DNA from: Nitrososphaeria archaeon
GTDB taxonomy: Archaea; Thermoproteota; Nitrososphaeria; Geothermarchaeales; JDFR-13
Assembly: GCA_027078545.1 (NCBI GenBank)
Contig: JALWXN010000004.1
Location: 896,001-960,000, forward strand
Direction: 5' to 3'
DNA: 64,000 bases
Below, piece by piece: positions 1 to 9,706 of this stretch (positions within the stretch are counted from its first letter, which is position 1; each line of letters opens with the position of its first letter). The notes under the pieces were generated by a model, which had not been told where the DNA came from, ran no database searches, and was given only the letters and a program-made list of their open reading frames with translations. The position numbers were made by a program, and so were the translations under genes.

Positions 1-2
1 TG

Positions 3-428
3 GTGGAGACCTACTATGGAGACACGGTCGGAGCGGTTGCGCTCGACGAGTATGGTAACCTGGCCACAGCCGTCAGCACCGGTGGGCTATGGCTGAAGCT
101 CCCCGGGAGGGTTGGGGATACACCTATATATGGGGCGGGCTTCATAGCCAACAGGTACTACGCGGCAAACGCCACTGGAATAGGTGAGTATATCGTCGAG
201 AGCCTCCTATGCAGGAGGGCCCTAGAGGAATACATGGAGATGGGCGACATATACAGGAGCATCCAGGTCCCACTAAAGGAGCTGGGGCTTAGGAGGCCAT
301 CCTCCGCCGGCCTCATAGCAGTAGACAGGTTTGGGAACATAGCCTATGGACACAACACCCCTAGCATGGTGGTCGCCTACTACAACGGTAGAAGGGCGAA
401 AACACTGCTTTCACGAAACAGCATTTAG
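3..428 (+). CDS. Isoaspartyl peptidase/L-asparaginase (Ntn-hydrolase), C-terminal part; 5' truncated by the window
   Basis: GDTVGAVALD (catalytic Thr of the beta chain), STGG, GRVGDTP and ATGIGE motifs of type-2 asparaginases. Confidence 0.9.
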   Translation: METYYGDTVGAVALDEYGNLATAVSTGGLWLKLPGRVGDTPIYGAGFIANRYYAANATGIGEYIVESLLCRRALEEYMEMGDIYRSIQVPLKELGLRRPSSAGLIAVDRFGNIAYGHNTPSMVVAYYNGRRAKTLLSRNSI

Positions 429-538
429 GGAGAATCCGAATCAGATCATCAACTCATTTTCAATACAAACGTTTAACAGTTCTTTAAAATATATATTCAA
501 GAGTAAATTGGAGTTTCGCCCCTAAAAGCCAAGTTGTA

Positions 539-1846
539 GTGGTCAGGAGGTCGATAAAATTGTCCATAGTGGAGAATAGAGAGGAGATACTTAAGAAGTT
601 CTTCGAGAAGGTGGACCCCGCCAAGCTGATAGAGGAGAATGTGAGTAGGAAGGGGGACGTCCTAAACATCGCGGGGGAGAAGCTAGACCTAAGGAAGTAT
701 AGGAAGGTCTATCTACTGGCCTACGGCAAGTCGGCATACAGGATGGCTGTGGGGCTCTACCCATACATCTCGGACAAGCTGGTAGACTCATTCGTCATCG
801 TCGACAGGAGGAGCGGGGCGAAGGACAGTAGGTTCAGGATCTTCTGGGGTAACCACCCAATACCTGACGAGGAGGTCTATACAGCCACTAGGGAGATCAT
901 CAAGAAGGTTAGGTACTCGAGGAAGAGCTTCCTCATGTTCAACCTCATATCGGGTGGAGGCTCCGCACTACTCGAGTATCCATTCGCAAACCTTAAGCCG
1001 ATAGACCTCGAGCGTATGTGGAGGATCCTCCTAGACCTAGGGCTCAACATACACGAGATGAACACTGTGAGGAGGCACCTCTCCGCGGTTAAGGGTGGAA
1101 GGCTGGCCAAGCTCCTATACCCCAGCAGGGTATTCAGCCTAGTCATAAGCGACGTGGTGGGAGACCCGATACACGACATAGCCTCCGGCCCAACCGCACC
1201 AGACCCGACGACATACAAGGATGCATGGAACATCCTCCTTAAATACGATGTGAATAGGAAGTGGAAGGCCTCCAGACTCATCAAGAGAGGTATGCAGGGG
1301 GCCCTGGAGGATACCCCCAAGCCTGGAGACCCCGTCTTCCAGAGGGTTACGAACAAGATCATAGCCAACATACCCCTAGCAGCGAGGATGTTCGCCGAGA
1401 CACTGGAGGAGTTCGGGATGAAGACTGAGCTGGTCGATACACAGGTCGAGGCCAGGCCTGAGGAGGCGGCTGACAGGATATTCAGGGAGCTAATGGATAG
1501 GCTCGAGCCTGGCAAGGCCTATATCTATGCCGGGGAGCTCTACGGCCCAGCCGGCAAGACGGGTATCGGCGGCACAGCCCACGAACTGGCTCTACAGCTA
1601 TACCTACGCTTCAGGGATGCGGATGTAGAGATAATAGCCTTCGACACCGACGGCCTAGACGGGAACTCACCCGCAGCTGGCGGGATACTCAGGACTAATG
1701 AGGTCGGCGTAGGTGTAAGGGATATACTAGCCGCTATAGAGTCTAAGGACACCTATACATTGATGCAGCAGGCAGGGCTCAGCCTCCACACAGGCTATAC
1801 AGGGGTGAAGATGGGGCAGATATGGGCCCTATACAAGCCTGGATAG
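539..1846 (+). CDS. Glycerate 2-kinase (MOFRL/DUF4147 family)
   Basis: GKSA, HPIPD, LISGGGSAL, RRHLSAVKGGRLA, SDVVGD, IASGPT, TDGLDG motifs. Confidence 0.9.
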   Translation: MVRRSIKLSIVENREEILKKFFEKVDPAKLIEENVSRKGDVLNIAGEKLDLRKYRKVYLLAYGKSAYRMAVGLYPYISDKLVDSFVIVDRRSGAKDSRFRIFWGNHPIPDEEVYTATREIIKKVRYSRKSFLMFNLISGGGSALLEYPFANLKPIDLERMWRILLDLGLNIHEMNTVRRHLSAVKGGRLAKLLYPSRVFSLVISDVVGDPIHDIASGPTAPDPTTYKDAWNILLKYDVNRKWKASRLIKRGMQGALEDTPKPGDPVFQRVTNKIIANIPLAARMFAETLEEFGMKTELVDTQVEARPEEAADRIFRELMDRLEPGKAYIYAGELYGPAGKTGIGGTAHELALQLYLRFRDADVEIIAFDTDGLDGNSPAAGGILRTNEVGVGVRDILAAIESKDTYTLMQQAGLSLHTGYTGVKMGQIWALYKPG

Positions 1847-1898
1847 CCACGCCACAACAACCCCGATTTAAAGCCTAGTGGACCCGGAATAGCTAGGT

Positions 1899-2801
1899 AT
1901 GGAGATAAGTATAGTAGACGTATCTCCCAGGCCGGGTATAGAGGGAGATATCTGCCTCTACGCCATAGAGACTGGAGAGGGGCTGATCCTCGTCGAGGCA
2001 GGGCCACCCAACGGGTTCCAACGCCTCGAGAAATGGCTGTTGGAGAGGGGATACAGCTTCAGCGACATCAAGTACGTCCTACTCACCCATATCCACCTAG
2101 ACCATGGTGGTGGAGCTGGATACATTGTACAGAGGGGTGGGAGGCCAGAGATATATGTACATCCACGTGGGGCTCCACATCTTGTAGACCCCTCCAAGCT
2201 ATGGAGGTCGAGCCTAGAGACGATAGGCGACGTAGCCAGGGTATATGGAGAGCCCCTACCAGTGCCGGAGGAGCTAGTGAAGATCCCGAGTGATGGGGAG
2301 ATGGTGGAGCTCCTAGGCCTGGGCTTCGAGTTCATCTATACACCTGGCCATGCCAAGCACCACATGTCTATCTACCTAGAGGATGAGGACATACTCTTCA
2401 CGGGCGACTCGGCAGGCCTATACCACGGAGGCACGGTGATCCCGACCACCCCGCCTCCCCACAACGTTGAGGAGAGTATTGCCAGTATCAGGAGGATGAT
2501 GTCCCTAGCCCCCGGGAGGCTGGGATATACACACTTCGGGATAGTTGACGACGCACTGGACTGGCTCGAGAGGTATGAAATAGTCTATAACAAGTGGGTC
2601 AACCACGTGGAGAGGGGCTATAGGGAGGGACGTGGCATAGACGAGATCTACAGGGAGCTGAGACGTGTAGACCTTGGGATAGAGGTCCAAGAGAGGTTCT
2701 TCAGGTATAGGGGGTATGGGGAGGAGGAGGTCCTACTCAGCCTCTACGGGATCTATAGCTACTACGAGTGGCTCGAGACTCGTTCCAGCTCAGGATCTTG
2801 A
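1899..2801 (+). CDS. MBL-fold metallo-hydrolase
   Basis: THIHLDHGGG metal-binding motif, TPGHAKHH, FTGD, THFG. Confidence 0.9.
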   Translation: MEISIVDVSPRPGIEGDICLYAIETGEGLILVEAGPPNGFQRLEKWLLERGYSFSDIKYVLLTHIHLDHGGGAGYIVQRGGRPEIYVHPRGAPHLVDPSKLWRSSLETIGDVARVYGEPLPVPEELVKIPSDGEMVELLGLGFEFIYTPGHAKHHMSIYLEDEDILFTGDSAGLYHGGTVIPTTPPPHNVEESIASIRRMMSLAPGRLGYTHFGIVDDALDWLERYEIVYNKWVNHVERGYREGRGIDEIYRELRRVDLGIEVQERFFRYRGYGEEEVLLSLYGIYSYYEWLETRSSSGS

Positions 2802-3102
2802 GGTGGTAGATATAGACCTTCGTATCCCTAGGTAGCTCACCATAAATATCCCTAAGAATCCCCTGGAGCTCCTCCAACGACTCGAACCCATCTATAACCG
2901 CGTCCCACTCATTCAGGGTCTCCAGACTCTTCTCAACAATATCCTCAACCACCGCCTTACCATAGATCTTACCATTGGTATCAGCTATGTAGACCGTCTC
3001 CCCCAGCTCATACTTCTTCTCAAGCCTGATAGTCGTCCTCTTCCTCCCACTCCTGAGGAGCTCGAGATACTCCGGCCTAAACTTCATCTTCCTATGCCTC
3101 AT
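2737..3102 (-). CDS. ASCH-domain protein (YqfB-like)
   Basis: GRKRTTIR (GxKxxTxR) and DAVIDGF motifs. Start refined to ATG 3102 (MRHRKMKF), which overlaps the tmcA stop; the longer ORF-track N-terminus lies inside tmcA. Confidence 0.85.
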   Translation of the reverse strand: MRHRKMKFRPEYLELLRSGRKRTTIRLEKKYELGETVYIADTNGKIYGKAVVEDIVEKSLETLNEWDAVIDGFESLEELQGILRDIYGELPRDTKVYIYHLKILSWNESRATRSSYRSRRG

Positions 3103-5413
3103 CCCCCTCACCCTTGAGGACGTAGTAAAGCCTAAGCTTAGCCACAAGCTCCCTAGTCTTGTTAACCACCTCCTCCATATCCAGGTCGAAGTACATGGCA
3201 ACCTTCTCCCAAGGCCTAGCCTGTAGAACCCTGTTTATCAATACATACTCCCACAGCCTGGGTATCCGGACCCTCTTATCGGGGCTCCTCATAAAGTGGG
3301 TCTTAACCACCTCCCTTATGGCGTCGTAGGCCCCTCCGAAGGCCATCCCGCCATAGATATACATCTTCAGCCTCTCCCTCTGGGCCCTGCTCAGGCTCGG
3401 CTTATAATCCATCTCGAAGGGGTCCATGGAGAGGAGCTGGTACGCAAGCTTTGGCTCAAGGTTGAAGTGGCACTCGAACAGGGTGGTCATCAAGAGCTTC
3501 TTAAACTCCTTCCTAGCCCTCCTGACAACCTCCTTCGCCCTCCTACTCAGCGGCCTTATAACCACTGTGCTGAACTCCCCTGAGACGGCGTTCCTAACAG
3601 GGCTTAGGTATAGGGGGGCGAAGCCGTTCCTCCACCAGAAGTCTAGGAGCTTATCAGTAGCCCCGAAGCTCGCGCCCACCCAGTCCATACCCATCTCCCT
3701 AGCCTCCTCCACAACCTTCTCCAACGCCTTGCTACCAACACCCTTCCTCATAACGTCTGGATGGGTCGCTATCCTCACTACCCTTATACCTCTCATCTCC
3801 GGTATGCCTTCAAGGTGTGGATAGTAGCGGAGGAGTATCGTGGGTATAACATGTCCACTGGGCGGGTCTCCAGCCAAGGTGCGCATCACGTCCTCCTCGG
3901 TCATCGCCCCCTCATAGGCGAGGTGTAGGCTATTTATGACATGCCCCCTATACATCATCGCCCGCATGAAGTGGTGCGGAGCATCCATCAGGATCATCAG
4001 GTCGTTGGGCCTGTTCCTATAGTGTGCATAGATGTAGATGCCGATATACTCCTTGAGGAGGTCACGCTTCTTGAATAGCCACTCCTCGGGATCCGGCTTG
4101 ACGTATCGGAGTCTAGAGAGGTCTAGGTCGAAGATCTCCGCCTCACTATATGGATATGGGTCAGCGTCTAGGAAGAAGGTCTTGAAGAGCCAGTCCTCCA
4201 CAGGGTCTTCAGGGGCGTATCGGATCGGCTCATCCATATCCACCTCTATAAGCCTACCCCCGAAGACCTTCCTAACCATTGGTAGGAACCTTACCTGGAA
4301 CCCCCTACCAGCACCCTCATAGCCGTGGAGGGTGCTTGAGAAGACCGACTTCTCAAACTTCTCGGCGATATGCTCTAGGATATGGGTGGGTATACCGCTG
4401 GCCTCATCCACAACTATGAGGTCCGCCTTCACCTTGTAGCTGGTGGGCGGGTTGATATAGGCTATCTTACCCAGCGTACTATTGATCTCCACGATCACCC
4501 CGCCCTGCTTCTTAACATTATGCTTCACCCCATGCTCCCTGAAGACCATCCTGATGAAGCTGAATATCTCCTTGGTGTTTACCGGGTCTGGAGCCGTGAC
4601 ATAGATCTTCAGCTTATCCTTCTTCGAGGCCTTCTTCAACATATAACCTGCAACCCCGAGGCCCACGGCGGCAGATTTGCCCCTACCCCTATCAGCCGTC
4701 ACGACCACGCTTCCACGGGGCATTGAGGAGAGCTTATCGATAGCCCTGATCACCCTTACCTGGTCCTCGGTGAGGGCCCTCCTATATATCGACTCGTCGA
4801 AGGATATGTCGCTAGGTATCTCCGGGGGCCTACGTACATAGTCCGGATACCTCACCTCCCTACCCGCCAGGCCACCATCCTCATGGAAGAAGACTCCTGG
4901 ATGCTCCTCCAGGCTCTCGACGAAGTATCGCTGGAAGATCGTCTGTACATCCTCCAGGGTGAAGGGGGAGGTGACCATATCCCTGTGGAAGGGTGTCTTC
5001 ATATTCTTCCACCTCTCCCTCTCAGGGGAGAGGACTATTATGTAGCCCCCGCCCCTCACAACCTCTATTACGCGGCCTACATCGTTCGGCCTCATATCCC
5101 TCCTGAGATCAACTATCAGGGCGTCCCAGGTGGTGCCGAGTATCCTGTTGAGATCCTTGAACTGGACATACTCAGGCCTCGCCCTCGAGTCGATACCCTT
5201 TGATAGTGGCTTCCACATATTGTTCTCAGACTTGGGCTCCTTACCCGCGAATAGTAGGCTGTAGGACTCCCCCCTCACCCCGTCATACCTATTCACGATG
5301 TCTAGGAGGGCCTCGGGGGAGGGCTCCTCGATAACAATCATCCTCCTATGGAACTCCCTAAGCGCGTTCCCAAATATCTCCTCCGGCCTATATATCTCAA
5401 CCTCCCTCTTCAT
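3092..5413 (-). CDS. tmcA: tRNA/rRNA cytidine N4-acetyltransferase TmcA/Nat10
   Basis: Helicase-like ADRGRGKS, DEAS, STLHGYEGAGRGF, PIRYA, AHYRNRPNDL; GNAT RVVRIATHP...GVGS; 773 aa. Confidence 0.95.
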   Translation of the reverse strand: MKREVEIYRPEEIFGNALREFHRRMIVIEEPSPEALLDIVNRYDGVRGESYSLLFAGKEPKSENNMWKPLSKGIDSRARPEYVQFKDLNRILGTTWDALIVDLRRDMRPNDVGRVIEVVRGGGYIIVLSPERERWKNMKTPFHRDMVTSPFTLEDVQTIFQRYFVESLEEHPGVFFHEDGGLAGREVRYPDYVRRPPEIPSDISFDESIYRRALTEDQVRVIRAIDKLSSMPRGSVVVTADRGRGKSAAVGLGVAGYMLKKASKKDKLKIYVTAPDPVNTKEIFSFIRMVFREHGVKHNVKKQGGVIVEINSTLGKIAYINPPTSYKVKADLIVVDEASGIPTHILEHIAEKFEKSVFSSTLHGYEGAGRGFQVRFLPMVRKVFGGRLIEVDMDEPIRYAPEDPVEDWLFKTFFLDADPYPYSEAEIFDLDLSRLRYVKPDPEEWLFKKRDLLKEYIGIYIYAHYRNRPNDLMILMDAPHHFMRAMMYRGHVINSLHLAYEGAMTEEDVMRTLAGDPPSGHVIPTILLRYYPHLEGIPEMRGIRVVRIATHPDVMRKGVGSKALEKVVEEAREMGMDWVGASFGATDKLLDFWWRNGFAPLYLSPVRNAVSGEFSTVVIRPLSRRAKEVVRRARKEFKKLLMTTLFECHFNLEPKLAYQLLSMDPFEMDYKPSLSRAQRERLKMYIYGGMAFGGAYDAIREVVKTHFMRSPDKRVRIPRLWEYVLINRVLQARPWEKVAMYFDLDMEEVVNKTRELVAKLRLYYVLKGEGDEA

Positions 5414-5445
5414 CTCCGCCCAATATAGGATAATAGCTATGTGTA

Positions 5446-6588
5446 TTAAGCCTCGGCCACGGCTATCCTGGTTATCAGCTTCCCATGGAGGACCTGTAGA
5501 TTCTCGAGAACCCTATATCCCGACGCCTCCAACGCATCCCTTAGGAGGCGGTACTCACTTGTTATGGCGACTATCCTCCTGATACCGAGGCTCGAGAGCT
5601 CGTCAACCACATCTCTATATAGATCCTCCAGGACCTTGCGCCGAGTCATCCTGATCCCATAGGGAGGGTTGAAGACGGCCACGCCACTCTCGAGGCTGGG
5701 TAGGTGGCTAGTCAGGTCACGGGCATCTACACACATGAACCTTATAGCCCTATCCACACCCGCCGACTCGGCGTTTCTCTCGGCGCCCGACATGTATCTG
5801 CAGGAGATATCGTTGTAGATTATCTCTGGCCCCTCCCCCGGTGGGAGCCTAGCGTTATAAGCCTCCTCACGGGCCTCTAGATATGTCTCCAATGGGTAGT
5901 ATGGGATCTTAGTTATCATGTGGTTAGGCCTATAGAGGCCCGGTGCATACCTATATCTATACAGTGCCGCCTCAATAGGAATGGTACCCCCACCGGCCAT
6001 CGGGTCTATGAAGGGCTCATCCCAGAACCCGCTGAGCAGAACCATAGCAGCTGCCAGACTCGTCTTTATAGCGGCTGGGTGGTTCCACACCCTATACCCC
6101 CTTATGTGGAGGCTCTCACCCACCAGGTTAACCCCAAATGTATACCTGTCATCAACGATCCTGAGGATATACTCCCTATCGGGGCTGGTCAGATCTACAC
6201 TAACCTTATACCCAGCCCTCTCCAACGCCCTATAGACAGCCGCCCCCACAACCCTATTGGCATCCAGGCTTGTGAAGCCGTGGCTCCCATACCTACTACT
6301 CCTGAGGGCGAAGGAGCCATCCCCACCGAAGAGCCTCAGGTCAAGAGACTCGACACGCCTAGCAATATCCTCCAGACTATTGAACACACCCTCGTCGAGT
6401 ACATGTATCACCTTGTAGATAGTCCTACCCCAAAGGATCAGCCTAGGGACGGCCTCCACACCGAGCCTAACCCTAAGCGTATTCTCAGCCTGTATAGGCA
6501 TAACACCAGTGATATCCCTAACCTCCTCAGCAGCCACCCTGGCTATCCCCTTCGTAATAGTGATTAGTATATCGGCATCGCCCGGCAA
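5446..6588 (-). CDS. trm14: THUMP-domain tRNA (guanine(6)-N2)-methyltransferase, Trm14-like
   Basis: THUMP N-terminus, SLHIRGYR..HPAAIK, DPMAGGGTIPIEAA, NPPYG. Confidence 0.85.
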   Translation of the reverse strand: MPGDADILITITKGIARVAAEEVRDITGVMPIQAENTLRVRLGVEAVPRLILWGRTIYKVIHVLDEGVFNSLEDIARRVESLDLRLFGGDGSFALRSSRYGSHGFTSLDANRVVGAAVYRALERAGYKVSVDLTSPDREYILRIVDDRYTFGVNLVGESLHIRGYRVWNHPAAIKTSLAAAMVLLSGFWDEPFIDPMAGGGTIPIEAALYRYRYAPGLYRPNHMITKIPYYPLETYLEAREEAYNARLPPGEGPEIIYNDISCRYMSGAERNAESAGVDRAIRFMCVDARDLTSHLPSLESGVAVFNPPYGIRMTRRKVLEDLYRDVVDELSSLGIRRIVAITSEYRLLRDALEASGYRVLENLQVLHGKLITRIAVAEA

Positions 6589-6623
6589 TTTTATCCACCA
6601 TATCCTCTAGTTAATATTCGGAA

Positions 6624-7460
6624 ATGGAGCTGGATAGGATTTATAGCGAGGCCAATCAAGATCCAGTAGGTAGTCTTGAATGGGTCCTTGAGAAGTGGAT
6701 AGATAATTCTAGGGAGCTCCCAGGTCGTAGGGGTGGGGTGGTCTACCTCGAGGTTGATAGATGTCTAGTCATTGGCGATATACATGGGGACCTAGATACG
6801 CTCCATAGACTCCTCACAAAGACTTGGAGGGGCGAGCCACTACTCTTCCTGGGTGACTATATTGATAGGGGGTTCCAGCAGCTGGAGACCCTGAAGTATA
6901 TAGCCCTCCTAATGGATGATGCAGATGTGATTACCCTTAGGGGTAACCATGAGCCGCCTAGATGGCTACCGGTATATCCCCATGACTTCCCCCATATCCT
7001 CAGGACGCAGGGGGTGCACCACCTATACGATCTTGCCCAGGAGATGTTCGACAGCCTACCTATAGCAGCTGTGCTTAACGGTGAGGCCCTAGCTATACAT
7101 GGTGGGATACCGGTCAGCATATCGAGGGTGGAGGAGCTTGAGAGGCCTAGGAGGGAGGTCTTGGCAGAAGCATTGTGGAACGACCCCTTCGAGGGCGTTG
7201 GTATAAAGCCTAGCCCAAGGGGTGTGGGCCACCTCTATGGGATCGACGTGACGAGGAGGTTCCTAGGTAATAACGGGCTTAGATACCACCTCAGGGGGCA
7301 TGAGGCGGTTGACGGCTATAAGGTCTTCCATGAGGGGATGGGGATAACCCTATTCTCACGGCTAGGCATACCATACGGAAACTCTAGGGCCGCGATATAC
7401 ATCTACGAGCCTGGCGGTAACCATCTCGACCCGGCAAGATTCATATACGTATTTAGATGA
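6624..7460 (+). CDS. PPP-family Ser/Thr protein phosphatase
   Basis: GDIHG, GDYIDRG, RGNHE, HGG, LWNDP, SPRG, RGHE motifs. Confidence 0.92.
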   Translation: MELDRIYSEANQDPVGSLEWVLEKWIDNSRELPGRRGGVVYLEVDRCLVIGDIHGDLDTLHRLLTKTWRGEPLLFLGDYIDRGFQQLETLKYIALLMDDADVITLRGNHEPPRWLPVYPHDFPHILRTQGVHHLYDLAQEMFDSLPIAAVLNGEALAIHGGIPVSISRVEELERPRREVLAEALWNDPFEGVGIKPSPRGVGHLYGIDVTRRFLGNNGLRYHLRGHEAVDGYKVFHEGMGITLFSRLGIPYGNSRAAIYIYEPGGNHLDPARFIYVFR

Positions 7461-8009
7461 TCAGCACCGGGACAACTGTCTAGACGCCTCCTCCAGGAAC
7501 ATCCTATAGATATCATCGGTGTATAGGACGAAGATCACCTTCTTAACACTCCCAGGATCAGTGGAGAAGTCCTTCACAGCCCTTATCATCCCCCTTGCAG
7601 AGACCTCGGGCTCCACCCTATAGACCCCGGTAGATATGGCTGGGAAGGCTATAGACTCTAGTCCCTCAGACTTCGCTAGGAGAAGGCTATTCCTAACTGC
7701 ACGATATATCTTACTCTCCTCGTCACCCTCCCCCTTGATCGGGCCAACCGTATGTATCACCCACTTGGCCTTTAGCCTACCAGCCGTGGTCTTGACCGCG
7801 TCACCCACCTCTAGGGGGCCACGCTCCCTGATAATCCTGTCCGACTCCTCCTGTATAACATATCCACCCCTCCTCACTATGGCTCCAGCCACACCGCCGC
7901 CATGCTGGAGATACTTGTTAGCCGCGTTGACGATAGCATCGGCCTCCACCTCTGTGATGTCCCCCTTGATGAATATGATCTCAAGCCCCCCACACCTGAA
8001 CCTCTCCAT
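7461..8009 (-). CDS. Macrodomain (ADP-ribose-binding/hydrolase) protein
   Basis: GDIT, AIVNAAN, HGGGVAGAI, VIHTVGP, PAISTGVY. Start refined to ATG 8009. Confidence 0.93.
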   Translation of the reverse strand: MERFRCGGLEIIFIKGDITEVEADAIVNAANKYLQHGGGVAGAIVRRGGYVIQEESDRIIRERGPLEVGDAVKTTAGRLKAKWVIHTVGPIKGEGDEESKIYRAVRNSLLLAKSEGLESIAFPAISTGVYRVEPEVSARGMIRAVKDFSTDPGSVKKVIFVLYTDDIYRMFLEEASRQLSRC

Positions 8010-8082
8010 AGCCAGCACCCCGCGACAGTAATACCATCCCCTTAAATCCGTTAAAACGGGATTCAATGGTGGTGCCTAGGAG

Positions 8083-9687
8083 ATGAAGGTATACGAGGCC
8101 ATAGCCGATGCATTGGTCAGCCTAGGATATAGGAGGGCCTATACTATACCCGGGACACACATATATCATTTGAACCACGCCCTGGGAGACAGGATTCACC
8201 AGACGGTTTTCAGGCATGAGATGGGCGCCACCTTCGCGGCCGATGCATATGGAAGGGTCACAGGTACTCCAGGCCTAGCCATAGTGACGGCCGGCCCTGG
8301 CATACTAAACGGGTTATCAGGGCTTGGACAGGCATATGCAGAGGCATCACCACTCCTATACATAACCGGCGAGGTCGCCAGGGGCGAGAGGTACGGCTTC
8401 CACGGAGTTGATGACCCCCTAGCCGTCACCTACTCATCCATACCAGTGGCTAAACGCGTATACCTCGTCGAGGATCCAGGCAGCATATGGAGCGTAATGG
8501 GTGAGGCTCACTACACAGCACTCACAGGTAGGAGGGGACCCGTACATGTATCTATCCCCTATGACGTACTGCAGAGCGAGGTTGGTGAGGGGAGGCTGGA
8601 GCAGAGGGAGACGGATGGTATAGCTAGATGTGTAGATGTTATCAATGAAGGACTTAGAGACGGTGTGAGGGGCGTCCTGGTAATCGGTATGGAGCTATAC
8701 CCAGAGCTGGCGGATAGGCTACTAGACCTCTTTGAGACATGGCCCTACATAGCCACGGTAGGCCAGATAGGCATGGCTCGGCTTAGGAGGGATAGATATG
8801 CAGGCCATATAGAGAAGAAGTTCCAGATCCACCCAGTAGCCAAGGAGATCCTTAGGGAAGCTGAATATATACTCGCAGTCGGGATACCGCCAGACTCACC
8901 AGAGGCGGAGCATATCTCAATGCTAAGCAAGGATGCCAGGATAGACTTCCTAAGGCCTAGCGAGGCCGGGTGCAGCGTGGAGAGGATAGGTAAGGGCTAC
9001 CATGTAGAGGCACCCCTCAGCGAGGCGATTGACCTCCTAAGCCCCGGAGAAAGCGGCCTAGACCATGACGTGGAGAAGATGATGAGAGAGCGTCTTGAAT
9101 GGGCTAGAGAGACTGTCTACTCCGAGAAGGGGCCAAGGATACACCAGGGAGTGGCTGCACACATGATATCCCAGCTAGAGATAGATGGCTACACAGTCAC
9201 CTGTGACACTGGCGGGAATGAGCAATGGATAAGGGAGTTCATACCACCCACCCGCGACGTCAGATATCTATACTCAGGGGGCTTCGGATCAATAGGGTAT
9301 AGCCTACCAGCATCCATAGGAGCCTACGACGCTGAGCGGGAGGTACTAGCCGTCACTGGGGACGGGAGCCTGATGATGAGTCTGGGCGAGCTCAAGACTA
9401 TAGTGGAGCATGGATATAGGGTGAAGATAGCGGTATTCAACGACTCTACCTATGGAATACTAGAGATGCTGAGTAGGAGCGATATAGGTGAGGAGATCGA
9501 GGGAGGGATAGGGAGCGTCGACTTTGCAAAGGTTGCGGAGGCACTGGGTATGGAGTCCATGGCTGTAGAGACATATGAAGATCTTGAGGAGGGGCTTGAA
9601 GAGCTCATGGATAGTACCGGGCCATTCCTCCTAGACATCAGGTGTAGCCCGGAGGAGGTCCCTACACTACTGAGGAAGAGTGATTAA
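8083..9687 (+). CDS. Thiamine-diphosphate-dependent enzyme, acetolactate-synthase large-subunit family
   Basis: RHE..A.F.ADAYGR, AGPG..N, GPVHVSIP.D, GDGS...NDS ThDP-binding motif. Confidence 0.88.
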   Translation: MKVYEAIADALVSLGYRRAYTIPGTHIYHLNHALGDRIHQTVFRHEMGATFAADAYGRVTGTPGLAIVTAGPGILNGLSGLGQAYAEASPLLYITGEVARGERYGFHGVDDPLAVTYSSIPVAKRVYLVEDPGSIWSVMGEAHYTALTGRRGPVHVSIPYDVLQSEVGEGRLEQRETDGIARCVDVINEGLRDGVRGVLVIGMELYPELADRLLDLFETWPYIATVGQIGMARLRRDRYAGHIEKKFQIHPVAKEILREAEYILAVGIPPDSPEAEHISMLSKDARIDFLRPSEAGCSVERIGKGYHVEAPLSEAIDLLSPGESGLDHDVEKMMRERLEWARETVYSEKGPRIHQGVAAHMISQLEIDGYTVTCDTGGNEQWIREFIPPTRDVRYLYSGGFGSIGYSLPASIGAYDAEREVLAVTGDGSLMMSLGELKTIVEHGYRVKIAVFNDSTYGILEMLSRSDIGEEIEGGIGSVDFAKVAEALGMESMAVETYEDLEEGLEELMDSTGPFLLDIRCSPEEVPTLLRKSD

Positions 9688-9706
9688 AAAGGGGGAGGGG
9701 TTTGGA
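9686..9706 (-). terminator. Pyrimidine/oligo-T tract downstream of the protease operon
   Basis: Minus strand reads TCCAAACCCCTCCCCCTTTTT immediately after the stop at 9707. Confidence 0.45.

Noticed and set aside
6624-8009. PPP phosphatase plus macrodomain as a joint signalling or defence module
   Set aside because: Convergent orientation and both are common housekeeping families; nothing beyond adjacency
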